In this document: positions 30,086-38,834 of the stretch, piece by piece | Numbering within the stretch: the first letter of the stretch is position 1 | How the letters are laid out: each line of letters opens with the position of its first letter | From: Thermodesulfobacteriota bacterium | Lineage (GTDB): Bacteria; Desulfobacterota; Desulfarculia; JACQYL01 | DNA: 64,000 bases | Reading direction: 5' to 3' | Assembly: GCA_963675595.2 (NCBI GenBank) | Contig: CAXXLZ010000001.1 | Span: forward strand, 1,568,001-1,632,000 | The notes under the pieces: generated by a model | Told to the model about the DNA's origin: nothing | Seen by the model: only the letters and a program-made list of their open reading frames with translations | Database searches by the model: none | Made by a program: the position numbers and the translations under genes

Positions 30086-30997
30086 TTACAGACGTTCACC
30101 GGGGGTCAGACCGGCGCTCTTGGCAAACTCCCCCGCCCCGCCTTTACCGGAAGCGGTTCGCACTTTGGTGATCCGAATCACTCCCCCGTCCGCGGCCACG
30201 TCCAAGCCTTGATCTTCCACGGTCACGATGGTGCCCGGGGCCTGGGCCACGGGTTCATCACGGAACTTGGCTCCGTAAAGCCGTACCTTCTCACCCCTAA
30301 TTGTTGCATACGCGCCGGGTTGAGGATCACACCCGCGAATCAGGTCATAAATTTGACGAGCGGGCCGACTCCAGTCCACGGCGGCTACCTTGTCGTCACA
30401 GGGAGGCTCATAAGTGGCGCCCGCCTCGTCCTGCACGGTGCCGGCGGCCTTCCCCTGCTTGATCATATCTACCGATTCGAGGAGGGCATCCACGCCCATG
30501 GGAAACAGTTTGTCGAAATACAGGGACCCGGTGGTATCTTCGGGTTGAATTGGGACACGCTTTTGAAGCAGGATAGGGCCGGTATCGATTCCGCCGTCCG
30601 GCCTGAATACCGTGAGCCCCGTTTCGGCATCACCCATAATGACCGCCCAGTTTATGGCACTGGCCCCCCGGTGCCTGGGCAGAATCGACGGATGGTAGCA
30701 GATGGCCCCCATGGGCGGGACATCGAAGAATTTCTCGGGGATGATATCCGTAACAAACGCCATCACCAAAAGGTCGGGATTAAGGGATTTGAACTGCTCG
30801 AATGCATCCGAAGTCTTGTAACTTTCGGGCTGGTAAACCGGGATTCCGCGCTGCACTGCGGAAGCCTTGAGCGGGTCGTCTTTCCCGCCGGGTTTATCCG
30901 CTGGGACATAGACGGCGATTACGTTGTCCCCTCGATCCGTCAACGCTTCCAGCACCTTGGCGCCAAAAGGCGCCTGACCCATTACCACGATGCGCAT
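30086..30997 (-). CDS. 10-formyl-THF-dependent formyltransferase/hydrolase (Fmt-like, ALDH1L1 N-terminal-domain type)
   Basis: Contains GQAPFG, YHPSILPRHRGASAINW, IDTGPILLQK and ATYE, plus an Fmt C-terminal domain (RGCDPQPGA). Confidence 0.85.
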   Translation of the reverse strand: MRIVVMGQAPFGAKVLEALTDRGDNVIAVYVPADKPGGKDDPLKASAVQRGIPVYQPESYKTSDAFEQFKSLNPDLLVMAFVTDIIPEKFFDVPPMGAICYHPSILPRHRGASAINWAVIMGDAETGLTVFRPDGGIDTGPILLQKRVPIQPEDTTGSLYFDKLFPMGVDALLESVDMIKQGKAAGTVQDEAGATYEPPCDDKVAAVDWSRPARQIYDLIRGCDPQPGAYATIRGEKVRLYGAKFRDEPVAQAPGTIVTVEDQGLDVAADGGVIRITKVRTASGKGGAGEFAKSAGLTPGERL

Positions 30998-31258
30998 CGT
31001 CCTCTCCTTTTCGGCAGGTTGTTGTCGGATTCTCCCGGGCCTTCGCCCGGCCTGCTAACAGACATGGGGAAAAACTGCATCGGTCCCGATCGTGAATTCC
31101 CGGGAACCCTGCGTCGGCACAGGGATCGGGCATTACGGAAACGCTTTACCACTCTGATATCACATCCGTTGCGGACTTCAAACCATCTTCATCGGGACGG
31201 CGTTCCCTCTCCGGCCCATTAACGTCAACATGCAACACACAATCAGAGAGACCTCACT

Positions 31259-31810
31259 ATGTACCAGAATCAGCGATATCCACGTGAAACCGTCAGAAAA
31301 TATGGGTTGGTACATGCCATATTCGGAACGGGACCCGGCAAGACCAGTCGAGCCATCGGTCTGGCAATCAGGATGGCCGGCACCGGTGGACGGGTCGTTT
31401 TCGTCCAATTCATGAAATCCGGCGATTCCTCAGAGGTCAAGCTGCTGAGCCGAATCCCCAACATTGAATACCTCTGTCCCGGAAAAATGCCTTTCATTCT
31501 ACCCAAAGGACCCAAGAAGGAGCATTACGAGCACGCGGAGCAAGCCTTGGCCTGGGCCGTGGAAAACAGCCGGAACGGGATCGATCTTCTCATATGCGAT
31601 GAGATTCTGGACGCGCTCTATTTTCGGCTTATCAGTCTCGACAACCTCCTTGATCTCATCCGAGGCAAGAACAACCGAACAGAACTCGTGATGACGGGAG
31701 CGGACCTGCCTCAGGAGATCTTTGCCGAGGCGGATTACGTGACTCAACTCATTCAGATCAAACACCCCTATTACAAGGGAGTTCACGCCCGCGAGGGAAT
31801 CGAGTATTAA
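31259..31810 (+). CDS. cobO: Cob(I)alamin adenosyltransferase (CobO/BtuR family)
   Basis: Contains GTGPGKTS, VQFMKS, ICDEI, ELVMTG and KHPY...AREGIEY. Confidence 0.85.
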   Translation: MYQNQRYPRETVRKYGLVHAIFGTGPGKTSRAIGLAIRMAGTGGRVVFVQFMKSGDSSEVKLLSRIPNIEYLCPGKMPFILPKGPKKEHYEHAEQALAWAVENSRNGIDLLICDEILDALYFRLISLDNLLDLIRGKNNRTELVMTGADLPQEIFAEADYVTQLIQIKHPYYKGVHAREGIEY

Positions 31811-31968
31811 GACGATCGCTCAACGATAAATGGTCCGAGATTTCTTGTGATGAACCTCCGGACGGAGCCTGAACCGCACTCTCTGTACGGATGTGGACGG
31901 CCGTTTCCCATCGCGCCGACGATTGTGCTCCGTCCCCGATCATTCGTATACCGAAGGAGGAATGCCCG

Positions 31969-32751
31969 GTGCTGATCGATTCGCACGCACACCTTGATGC
32001 CCCCTACCTGAAGGATCACCTGCCCGCCGTCCTCCACCGTGCACGGGAGGCCGGGGTCCGAAGCGTGGTCACCATCGGAGTGACGCCGCGCAGCAGTGAA
32101 AACTGTTTGGCTTTGGCCAAGAAATTTCGATCCGTCCATGCGGCGGCGGGCTATCACCCCCATTGGGCGAGAAAAGCCGACGCCCAACGAATGGCGGACA
32201 TGGAACGACTGGTCCGCGACCCGTCCATCGTGGCGGTGGGAGAAATCGGGTTGGACTACTTCCACTTCCATTCTCCTCGGGAAGCGCAGCTCGACCTGTT
32301 TCACCAAATGCTCGACCTGGCGGCGGCCGTCCAACTGCCCATCATCATCCACGACAGGGATGCCCACGATGATGTCTATCGGATTCTCGACTCCTACCGA
32401 AGTCGACTCGTGGGAGGAGTGATTCACTGCTTCTCGGGAAACTGGGACCTGGCAAGAAAGTACTTGGATTGGGGATTCTATCTCTCCGTATCCGGAAAGG
32501 TCACCTATTCCCAGGAGCATACGCTCATCGAGGTCGCCCGGAAGACACCTCTCGACCGATTGCTTCTGGAAACGGATGCGCCCAATTTGACGCCGGCGTC
32601 GCGCCGGGGGAAAAGAAACGAGCCTGCATTCCTCCGTCTTACCGCGGAAACCGTGGCATCGCTAAGGCGCATCCCTTTGGCCGACCTCGGACATGCCGTG
32701 AGCGAAAACGTGCTCGAGGTTTTCAGACTAAAGGATCGGGAGGCGACTTGA
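31969..32751 (+). CDS. tatD: TatD family hydrolase
   Basis: Contains IDSHAHL, GYHPH, GEIGLDY, IIHDR, VIHCFSG and LLETDAP. GTG start after AGGAGG. Confidence 0.9.
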   Translation: MLIDSHAHLDAPYLKDHLPAVLHRAREAGVRSVVTIGVTPRSSENCLALAKKFRSVHAAAGYHPHWARKADAQRMADMERLVRDPSIVAVGEIGLDYFHFHSPREAQLDLFHQMLDLAAAVQLPIIIHDRDAHDDVYRILDSYRSRLVGGVIHCFSGNWDLARKYLDWGFYLSVSGKVTYSQEHTLIEVARKTPLDRLLLETDAPNLTPASRRGKRNEPAFLRLTAETVASLRRIPLADLGHAVSENVLEVFRLKDREAT

Positions 32752-32803
32752 GAACGAGCGACAAACGTCCTCACGCACAAACACAACCTCGCGCAATCAC
32801 GCG

Positions 32804-33721
32804 TTATCGTTTGAATTCGCTTACGTCTTCTTCCAAGGCATTTTGCAACATCCGCCTCGTGATGTACATCATGATGTCGTAAGAAAGGAATTCAAGCTTG
32901 GATCGGTCCAGCCAGTCCCGAGTGAGTTCGTCCGCCAGCGACTCCGGATCTTCTCCTCGCTCAAGGCGTGCACGGGCATCTTCTTTGAAATCGACGGCGT
33001 AATCCATGACACGACGAACGATTCCTTCGGCATCTTCGTCGGTCATCAAGCCATGGTGTTCCCACGCGCACATGCGGACATCCAGGTTCTCGACCTTCTT
33101 GAGGCTCTCCAAATAATCCCTGTAACTTTCACTGGCCGTGATCAGAAATGCGCCGTCGTCTCCCGTGGGAAAGCACATGGAATCCGATGGAAAGAGCCAT
33201 TTCCGATTCGGCTCATAAAGGATCATGCCGCAACGGCTGTGTCCCGGCGATTCGTAGACATCGAGCCGAAGGTCCCCCAATTCAATCCGGTCGCCTTCCT
33301 TGAGTTCCTTCGCGAGCCTCACACCGTCGAACTCCATGGAGATGCCTCCGCGCTCCATGGGGATTCCGAGACCTTCCATGACCTGTAGGCTGAACGCCCT
33401 TATGTTGCGAACCGCTTTCTCCATGCCGAAAATGGCACCGGCTCCCCTGGAAGCCAACACCTGGATGTGAGGATACTTTTTCTGAAGGTAAGGAACAGCC
33501 CCGCAGTGATCGAAATGAGCGTGCCCGATCACAAGAAAGCGAATCCGGCTCATATCGATATTCAATTCCTCAATGCCGGATTCAAGATCATGAACCATCC
33601 AAGGAGCGCCTCCACCCACGAGCAGGTCACCCTCACCGCTTTGCAGCAGATACATCCCGATCTTCTCATTCCCCAAAAAAACCAAACGATCATTTATGCG
33701 CCCGGGCGCTTGAATCCACAT
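32804..33721 (-). CDS. Metallo-beta-lactamase fold hydrolase
   Basis: Contains HAHFDHCGAVPYL, SPGHS, FPSD and EHHG. Paralog of 10021..10920. Confidence 0.88.
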   Translation of the reverse strand: MWIQAPGRINDRLVFLGNEKIGMYLLQSGEGDLLVGGGAPWMVHDLESGIEELNIDMSRIRFLVIGHAHFDHCGAVPYLQKKYPHIQVLASRGAGAIFGMEKAVRNIRAFSLQVMEGLGIPMERGGISMEFDGVRLAKELKEGDRIELGDLRLDVYESPGHSRCGMILYEPNRKWLFPSDSMCFPTGDDGAFLITASESYRDYLESLKKVENLDVRMCAWEHHGLMTDEDAEGIVRRVMDYAVDFKEDARARLERGEDPESLADELTRDWLDRSKLEFLSYDIMMYITRRMLQNALEEDVSEFKR

Positions 33722-33911
33722 GATTACCCCTTGATTAAACGGAATCGACGTTTTATAGACGCAGAAGTGTGCCTAAAATGACTGATTCGTCACACTCCTC
33801 TATAGGAAGCGTTCCACGGCCTTCTTTGGCTGCGCAATCTGCCGCGCTTCCTGTTCACGCCACACCGACGGAAGCGCCGGCTCACCCCACGATTCGGAAA
33901 GGATCCCTTTC

Positions 33912-34826
33912 ATGAGTGCTGCAAGCCGTTTGCGAGAACTTCTCAGGGGGGACCGTATTGTAACGGCCCCCGGATGTCATGATGCCCTCGGAGCCTACTT
34001 CATCCAAAAAGCCGGTTTCGACGCCGCCTACATGACCGGCTATGGTGTGGCCTGTTCCCTGTTGGGACGGCCGGATCTGGGCGAACTGACCATGACCGAG
34101 ATCGTCGAGCACGCTCGGCGCATAGCCGCGGCCGTTGATATCCCGCTCATCTGTGATGCGGATACCGGATACGGAGGTCCCCTCAACGTACAAAGGACGG
34201 TACGCGAGTTCGAGAAAGCCGGTGTGGCGGCAATTCACATCGAGGACCAGGTCGAACCCAAACGGTGTGCGGCCATGGCAGGTGTCCAGGTCGTTGATCT
34301 CCCCACGGCAGTCAACAGAATCCGAGCGGCCATGGACGCGAAACAGAACCCGGACTTCGTCGTCATCGCCCGTACGGACTCGAGGCCCTCGCACGGATTC
34401 GCACATGCGGTGGAACGCGCACAAGCGTTCGCCGAGGCCGGGGCGGACGTTGTCTATATAGAGCTTCTGGGCTCCAGAGAGGAAGTCGAGCAGGCGGCAC
34501 GGGAGATACGTCGGGTCCCCCTGCTTTTCGATATGTTCGACCATCCTCTCGTGCCCGTCTTGACGGCCCCTGAACTAGAGGCCATGGGGTACGGAATCGT
34601 GACTTTTCCCTTCACTTCGACCCTGGCCTACGCCAAGGTTTTGGAGCACGTCTACTCTTCGATCCAGGAAAATAAGGGGGCGGCGCAGCTTCAGGAGCAT
34701 CGTCTCGACCTTCACGAATTCGAGAAACGCCTGGGACTCGCGGAAATTCGTGCCGGAGTGCGCCCCTTCGAGAACCCCGCCGGCTGCTCCACTAGTCCAC
34801 CTTCTCGACACGAACCGCAAACTTGA
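33912..34826 (+). CDS. Isocitrate lyase/PEP mutase family protein
   Basis: Contains YMTGY, PDLG, DADTGYG, HIEDQ, KRC and IARTD. Confidence 0.88.
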   Translation: MSAASRLRELLRGDRIVTAPGCHDALGAYFIQKAGFDAAYMTGYGVACSLLGRPDLGELTMTEIVEHARRIAAAVDIPLICDADTGYGGPLNVQRTVREFEKAGVAAIHIEDQVEPKRCAAMAGVQVVDLPTAVNRIRAAMDAKQNPDFVVIARTDSRPSHGFAHAVERAQAFAEAGADVVYIELLGSREEVEQAAREIRRVPLLFDMFDHPLVPVLTAPELEAMGYGIVTFPFTSTLAYAKVLEHVYSSIQENKGAAQLQEHRLDLHEFEKRLGLAEIRAGVRPFENPAGCSTSPPSRHEPQT

Positions 34827-35214
34827 CTTTGCCCAAGCCCCCGGCTTCCAGTCCGGGATCAAGGCATTCCGCCGTCATGAACACGCGATCGTTGGGGTCC
34901 TGGCCCGAAACGATCATTTCGATGATCGTATTCACGTATCCGGTCAGAGGCCCCAATGCACGCATGCACAGGGGCGCGGTGGATTTCTGCGGGACCAGCG
35001 CGCCGCCCTCGATAACGATCTTCTGACCTTTCTTCATCCCCGCCGCACAGTATTTGGATTCGATGACCTCGGCGATGATCCTGCTGGTTCCCACGTCCGC
35101 CACTCGCGTAAAGAACTTGAACACGCCGGGACTTCCCGATCGGAAGGTCTCCCAATCTTCATCGGAGATGCCCACCACTTGCTTCACAACGGCCTTTACT
35201 TTTTCTTCTTCCAT
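34792..35214 (-). CDS. TIGR04076-like small Cys protein
   Basis: Reads EVIESKYCAAGMKKG...LCMRAL...CLDP...VKF. RBS GGAG. Confidence 0.6.
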   Translation of the reverse strand: MEEEKVKAVVKQVVGISDEDWETFRSGSPGVFKFFTRVADVGTSRIIAEVIESKYCAAGMKKGQKIVIEGGALVPQKSTAPLCMRALGPLTGYVNTIIEMIVSGQDPNDRVFMTAECLDPGLEAGGLGKVKFAVRVEKVD

Positions 35215-35330
35215 GGCGTCTCCCTCATGAGTTTATGTGTGGGGTGGTTCGGCCTTCGCCGGAGTCGACTCCGGCGGAAAAGACCGGCAACGCGTCTCCG
35301 GCCTTTGAAATCCCAAAGGAAACCAACGCG

Positions 35331-36998
35331 CTACCTGAAATTGGGTAAGTCCTTAAGTTGCCCGGACATGGAGTAACCACCGGTATAAGATTCGGTGAGC
35401 ACGTTCAGAACCGCGGGACGGCCCGAGTCAAAAGCTCGTTCCAGGGCGGGGCGAATCTCATCGGGGTCCTCGACGGTTTCCCCGTAGCAATCCATTGCCT
35501 GCGCTATAAGATCGTACCGTGTCGATGACAGCATGGTGCCCACCGTGCACTCAGAGCCGTAAACGCCCCTCTGAAAGTTCGCGCAGACGCCCCAACAGGC
35601 ATTGTTGGCAACCACGACCACAATGGGAACGCCAAATCTCGCCGCCGTGTCCATTTCCATTCCGTTGAACCCGAAAGCGCCGTCTCCACAGACGCAAAGT
35701 ACCTGACGGGTCGGGTGAGCCAGCTTGGCGGCGACGGCGTAGGGAATCCCGATGCCGAGCAGGCCGGTAATACCGGGATTGAGGCGTGCGCCGGGCACAT
35801 AGGAAGGGATCAAGTTGCGGGCAAAATCAAGAATCTCGCCGCCATCTACGGTGACGACGGCGTCTCGATCCAGGAAATCCGCGATCTCCCTGCAAAGGCG
35901 GATGGGGTTGATGGGCTTTTCCTTGGAGGTCGCCATCCCGCTCCACTTCTCTTCCTTCTTGTCTCCCGCGGCTTTGAGCTCACGCGCCCAAGACTCGTCC
36001 TTCACGAATCCCCTTTGGCGCCACTCATGCAGTAGTTGCCCCAGCACCGCTTTGGCGTCTCCAACGATACCCACGTCCACAGGCCGGTTGCGACCGATTT
36101 CACGCGGCTCGACATCCACCTGGATGGTCTTGGCTTCCGGATTGTATCGAGGCGGCCTCCCGTAGCTCAAAACGAAGTTCAGCCTGGTCCCGATAAAAAG
36201 AATCACGTCCGCCTGCCCCATCAGTCGAGACCGGGACGAAAAACAGCATAGGGGATGATCGTCCGCCACGCAGCCCCGCGCCAACGGTGTCGGCACACAA
36301 GGAATGCCCGAGGCCTCGACGAAATCCACCAGCTCCTTGTGCGCGTCGCTCCACAAAATGCCGCTTCCAAAAATGATTCCCGGTTTACTCGCCGAACCCA
36401 ACAGGGCAACCGCTTCTTGAACGGCTTCGGGGGCTCCATACGGACGCACCGTGGTCCTGTAACGCTCGGGCAATACCGCCTCCTCCGGGACGATTTCACC
36501 TTCGAGAACATCCTGAGGGAAATCCACGAAAGCCGGACCGGGCAAGCCGCCGGCCGCTTCGCGAAAAGCGATGCTGATATATTCCGCGACCCTTTTGGGA
36601 TCGTAGACCGTTGCGCACCATTTCGTGATCGGTCGCATAAGTGCTTGATGGTCCATCTCGTGGAAAGCCCCGGTCTGAAATTCTCCGACCTTGTTATGAC
36701 CCGCCAACACCACCACGGGTGCCGAACCATAGTAGCAGTTGGCGACTCCGGTCACCGCGTTCAGCACGCCGGGGCCCGGTACCACCCAGGCCACGGCGGG
36801 TCGTCCCGTGGCCCGGGAATATCCTTGGGCCATGAGAACGGCCGCCTGTTCATGGCGAACATCCACGACTCGGATTCCCTTACGTTTCAGGGCCTCGTAC
36901 ACTCCGAAGGACGGCACGCCGCTCAAAGTGAAAACCACTTCGACGTTTTCTCTCTCCAGCGCTTCCGCCACCAGATCACCGCCGTACCGAACGGTCAT
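35331..36998 (-). CDS. TPP-dependent enzyme, 2-hydroxyacyl-CoA lyase / oxalyl-CoA decarboxylase / IlvB-like
   Basis: Contains RHEQAA, GPGVLN, AFHEMD and the TPP motif GDGAFGFNGMEMDT...NN. No adjacent ilvN small subunit. Confidence 0.85.
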   Translation of the reverse strand: MTVRYGGDLVAEALERENVEVVFTLSGVPSFGVYEALKRKGIRVVDVRHEQAAVLMAQGYSRATGRPAVAWVVPGPGVLNAVTGVANCYYGSAPVVVLAGHNKVGEFQTGAFHEMDHQALMRPITKWCATVYDPKRVAEYISIAFREAAGGLPGPAFVDFPQDVLEGEIVPEEAVLPERYRTTVRPYGAPEAVQEAVALLGSASKPGIIFGSGILWSDAHKELVDFVEASGIPCVPTPLARGCVADDHPLCCFSSRSRLMGQADVILFIGTRLNFVLSYGRPPRYNPEAKTIQVDVEPREIGRNRPVDVGIVGDAKAVLGQLLHEWRQRGFVKDESWARELKAAGDKKEEKWSGMATSKEKPINPIRLCREIADFLDRDAVVTVDGGEILDFARNLIPSYVPGARLNPGITGLLGIGIPYAVAAKLAHPTRQVLCVCGDGAFGFNGMEMDTAARFGVPIVVVVANNACWGVCANFQRGVYGSECTVGTMLSSTRYDLIAQAMDCYGETVEDPDEIRPALERAFDSGRPAVLNVLTESYTGGYSMSGQLKDLPNFR

Positions 36999-37120
36999 GG
37001 TCGCACTCCCTTTCGAATCGGGTTCTTACAGCGTTTTCCAAAAGGTTGCCGCGAGACGCATCGGGAACTTCGGGGAAGGGGGAACCGTGGTCCGGTGGCT
37101 CCCCCATTCAATCAGGCTGT

Positions 37121-37525
37121 TTATTCTTGAGGCATAAACACCAGGGACACGCCTTTTCCCCCGGAATAGGAATCGCCCTCAACTTCCATGCATCCAATCG
37201 TCACAGGCTTCCCCAACAAATCTTCCGTCATCTTGTCCGGAGGAATGGTGACGATGTTTCCCATAAGCCAGGGGCCTTCTTCCGTCTCTACCATGGCGAC
37301 CACGTAGGGGGTACGGAAAGAGGGCGCGGCCACATTGGACACCGTGAAGGTCTTGAGGATGCCTTTTTTGGACAGCTCGACCAGTTCACCTTCCGGCGAT
37401 CCGCATTCCTGGCACACCATGCGGGGAGGGCAATTCACTTCGCCGCACTTCCCGCATTTGACTCCCATGAGCTTGTTGTTTTTGATAGCCTCATACCACT
37501 CGGCCGCAGTCATTTTCGCTTTCAT
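37121..37525 (-). CDS. DUF35 family Zn-ribbon/OB-fold protein
   Basis: Contains CGKCG..PPR..CQEC and PYVVAMVE..EG..LMGN. Confidence 0.88.
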   Translation of the reverse strand: MKAKMTAAEWYEAIKNNKLMGVKCGKCGEVNCPPRMVCQECGSPEGELVELSKKGILKTFTVSNVAAPSFRTPYVVAMVETEEGPWLMGNIVTIPPDKMTEDLLGKPVTIGCMEVEGDSYSGGKGVSLVFMPQE

Positions 37526-37546
37526 CGGACTCTCCTCCTCCGCTGT

Positions 37547-38719
37547 TTAGTCGATGGTAAACACCGTGTTCACAACGGTGCAGAAGTCGCCGCCCAGGGT
37601 GTCCGTGAGCCCGATCTTGGCGTCTTTGACCTGTCGGTCACCACAATTGCCCCGAAGTTGGTTGACGATTTCGTAGGCTTGGGCCACACCGGTAGCCCCG
37701 ATGGGATGGCCTTTCGCTTTGAGCCCGCCGGAGGGATTCACCGGAAGACTGCCGTCCAAGACTGTTTCACCGGCCTCCACCGCCTCGTGACCCTCGCCCG
37801 GTTCGTAGAAACCAAGCATTTCCGTGGCCACGATTTCCGCCATGGTGAAGCAGTCGTGCAGTTCCACCACGTCCACGTCCTTGGCGGTAATTCCGGCCAT
37901 GTCATAGGCCGCCTTGGAGGATTCCTGGCGGGCCTTCATAATGGTAAAGTCCTTCTGGGAAATCAGGGAGCCGTTGGACCCCATTCCGATCCCCGCGATG
38001 CGGACCGGTTTGTCCACGTACTGCTTGGCCACATCCATGGGCGCCAGCACGATGGCCGCAGCCCCATCGGAGAAGGGACAGCAGTCGAAGAGCTGGAGCG
38101 GATCGCACACCATAAAGCTGTTCAATACCGTGTCCACGTCGATGAGCTTCTTGAACTGGGCCAATTCGTTCTTGAACCCGTTGGCGTGGTTCTTTACCGC
38201 CACCTTGGCCATGCGCTCCTTCAAGGTCTTAAGGGGCAGACCGTACTTGCTCGCGTAAAGCCTCGCCAGCATGGCGAAGACCCCGGGAAAGGTCACGCCC
38301 GCGAAAAACTCGTACCTGGCGTCCGAAGCCATGGCGAAGGTTCGTGTGGCCGTGGGCGTATCCATGGCCAGGGCGCGCTCGACGCCCCCCACCATCACCA
38401 TGTCTTTCATGCCTGAAGCCACCATCATGAAACCGTTGTAAATGGCGGTGGAACCCGAGGCGCATGCCGCTTCCACCCGGATGGCCGGCGCACTGTGAGG
38501 AATCCCCAATTCACCGGCCGCCATGCCGGCAATGACCATCTGCCCGTCGGTGAAATCTCCCAGGCAATTGGCCAAAAGCAGTCCCTGGATATCCTTGGCC
38601 TCAACTTTGGACGCCTGAAGCGCGTCCATTCCCGCCTCCGCGAAAAGCTCGACACAGCTCTTGGTGTCATGTTTGCCGAAGGGGGTCATGCCCACTCCCA
38701 ATACGGCCACTTCTCTCAT
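37547..38719 (-). CDS. SCP2-type thiolase-domain protein
   Basis: Contains GVGMTPFG, EAACASG, DGAAA, ELHDCF and NPSGGLKAKGHPIGATG. Paired with DUF35. Confidence 0.9.
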   Translation of the reverse strand: MREVAVLGVGMTPFGKHDTKSCVELFAEAGMDALQASKVEAKDIQGLLLANCLGDFTDGQMVIAGMAAGELGIPHSAPAIRVEAACASGSTAIYNGFMMVASGMKDMVMVGGVERALAMDTPTATRTFAMASDARYEFFAGVTFPGVFAMLARLYASKYGLPLKTLKERMAKVAVKNHANGFKNELAQFKKLIDVDTVLNSFMVCDPLQLFDCCPFSDGAAAIVLAPMDVAKQYVDKPVRIAGIGMGSNGSLISQKDFTIMKARQESSKAAYDMAGITAKDVDVVELHDCFTMAEIVATEMLGFYEPGEGHEAVEAGETVLDGSLPVNPSGGLKAKGHPIGATGVAQAYEIVNQLRGNCGDRQVKDAKIGLTDTLGGDFCTVVNTVFTID

Positions 38720-38834
38720 GTCTAAGACCTCCTTGATCACTGTGAAAGACCTCGCCCGCCGTTGTGTCGGTCAGGACTGCAACCGATCACGAGCCGTTAA
38801 CTTCGTGGCGGGCGACGATGAATTGTACGGCACC

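Noticed and set aside
31000-31258. Possible cobalamin riboswitch near cobO
   Set aside because: No B12-box or CCCGCAACTGT core was found on either strand.
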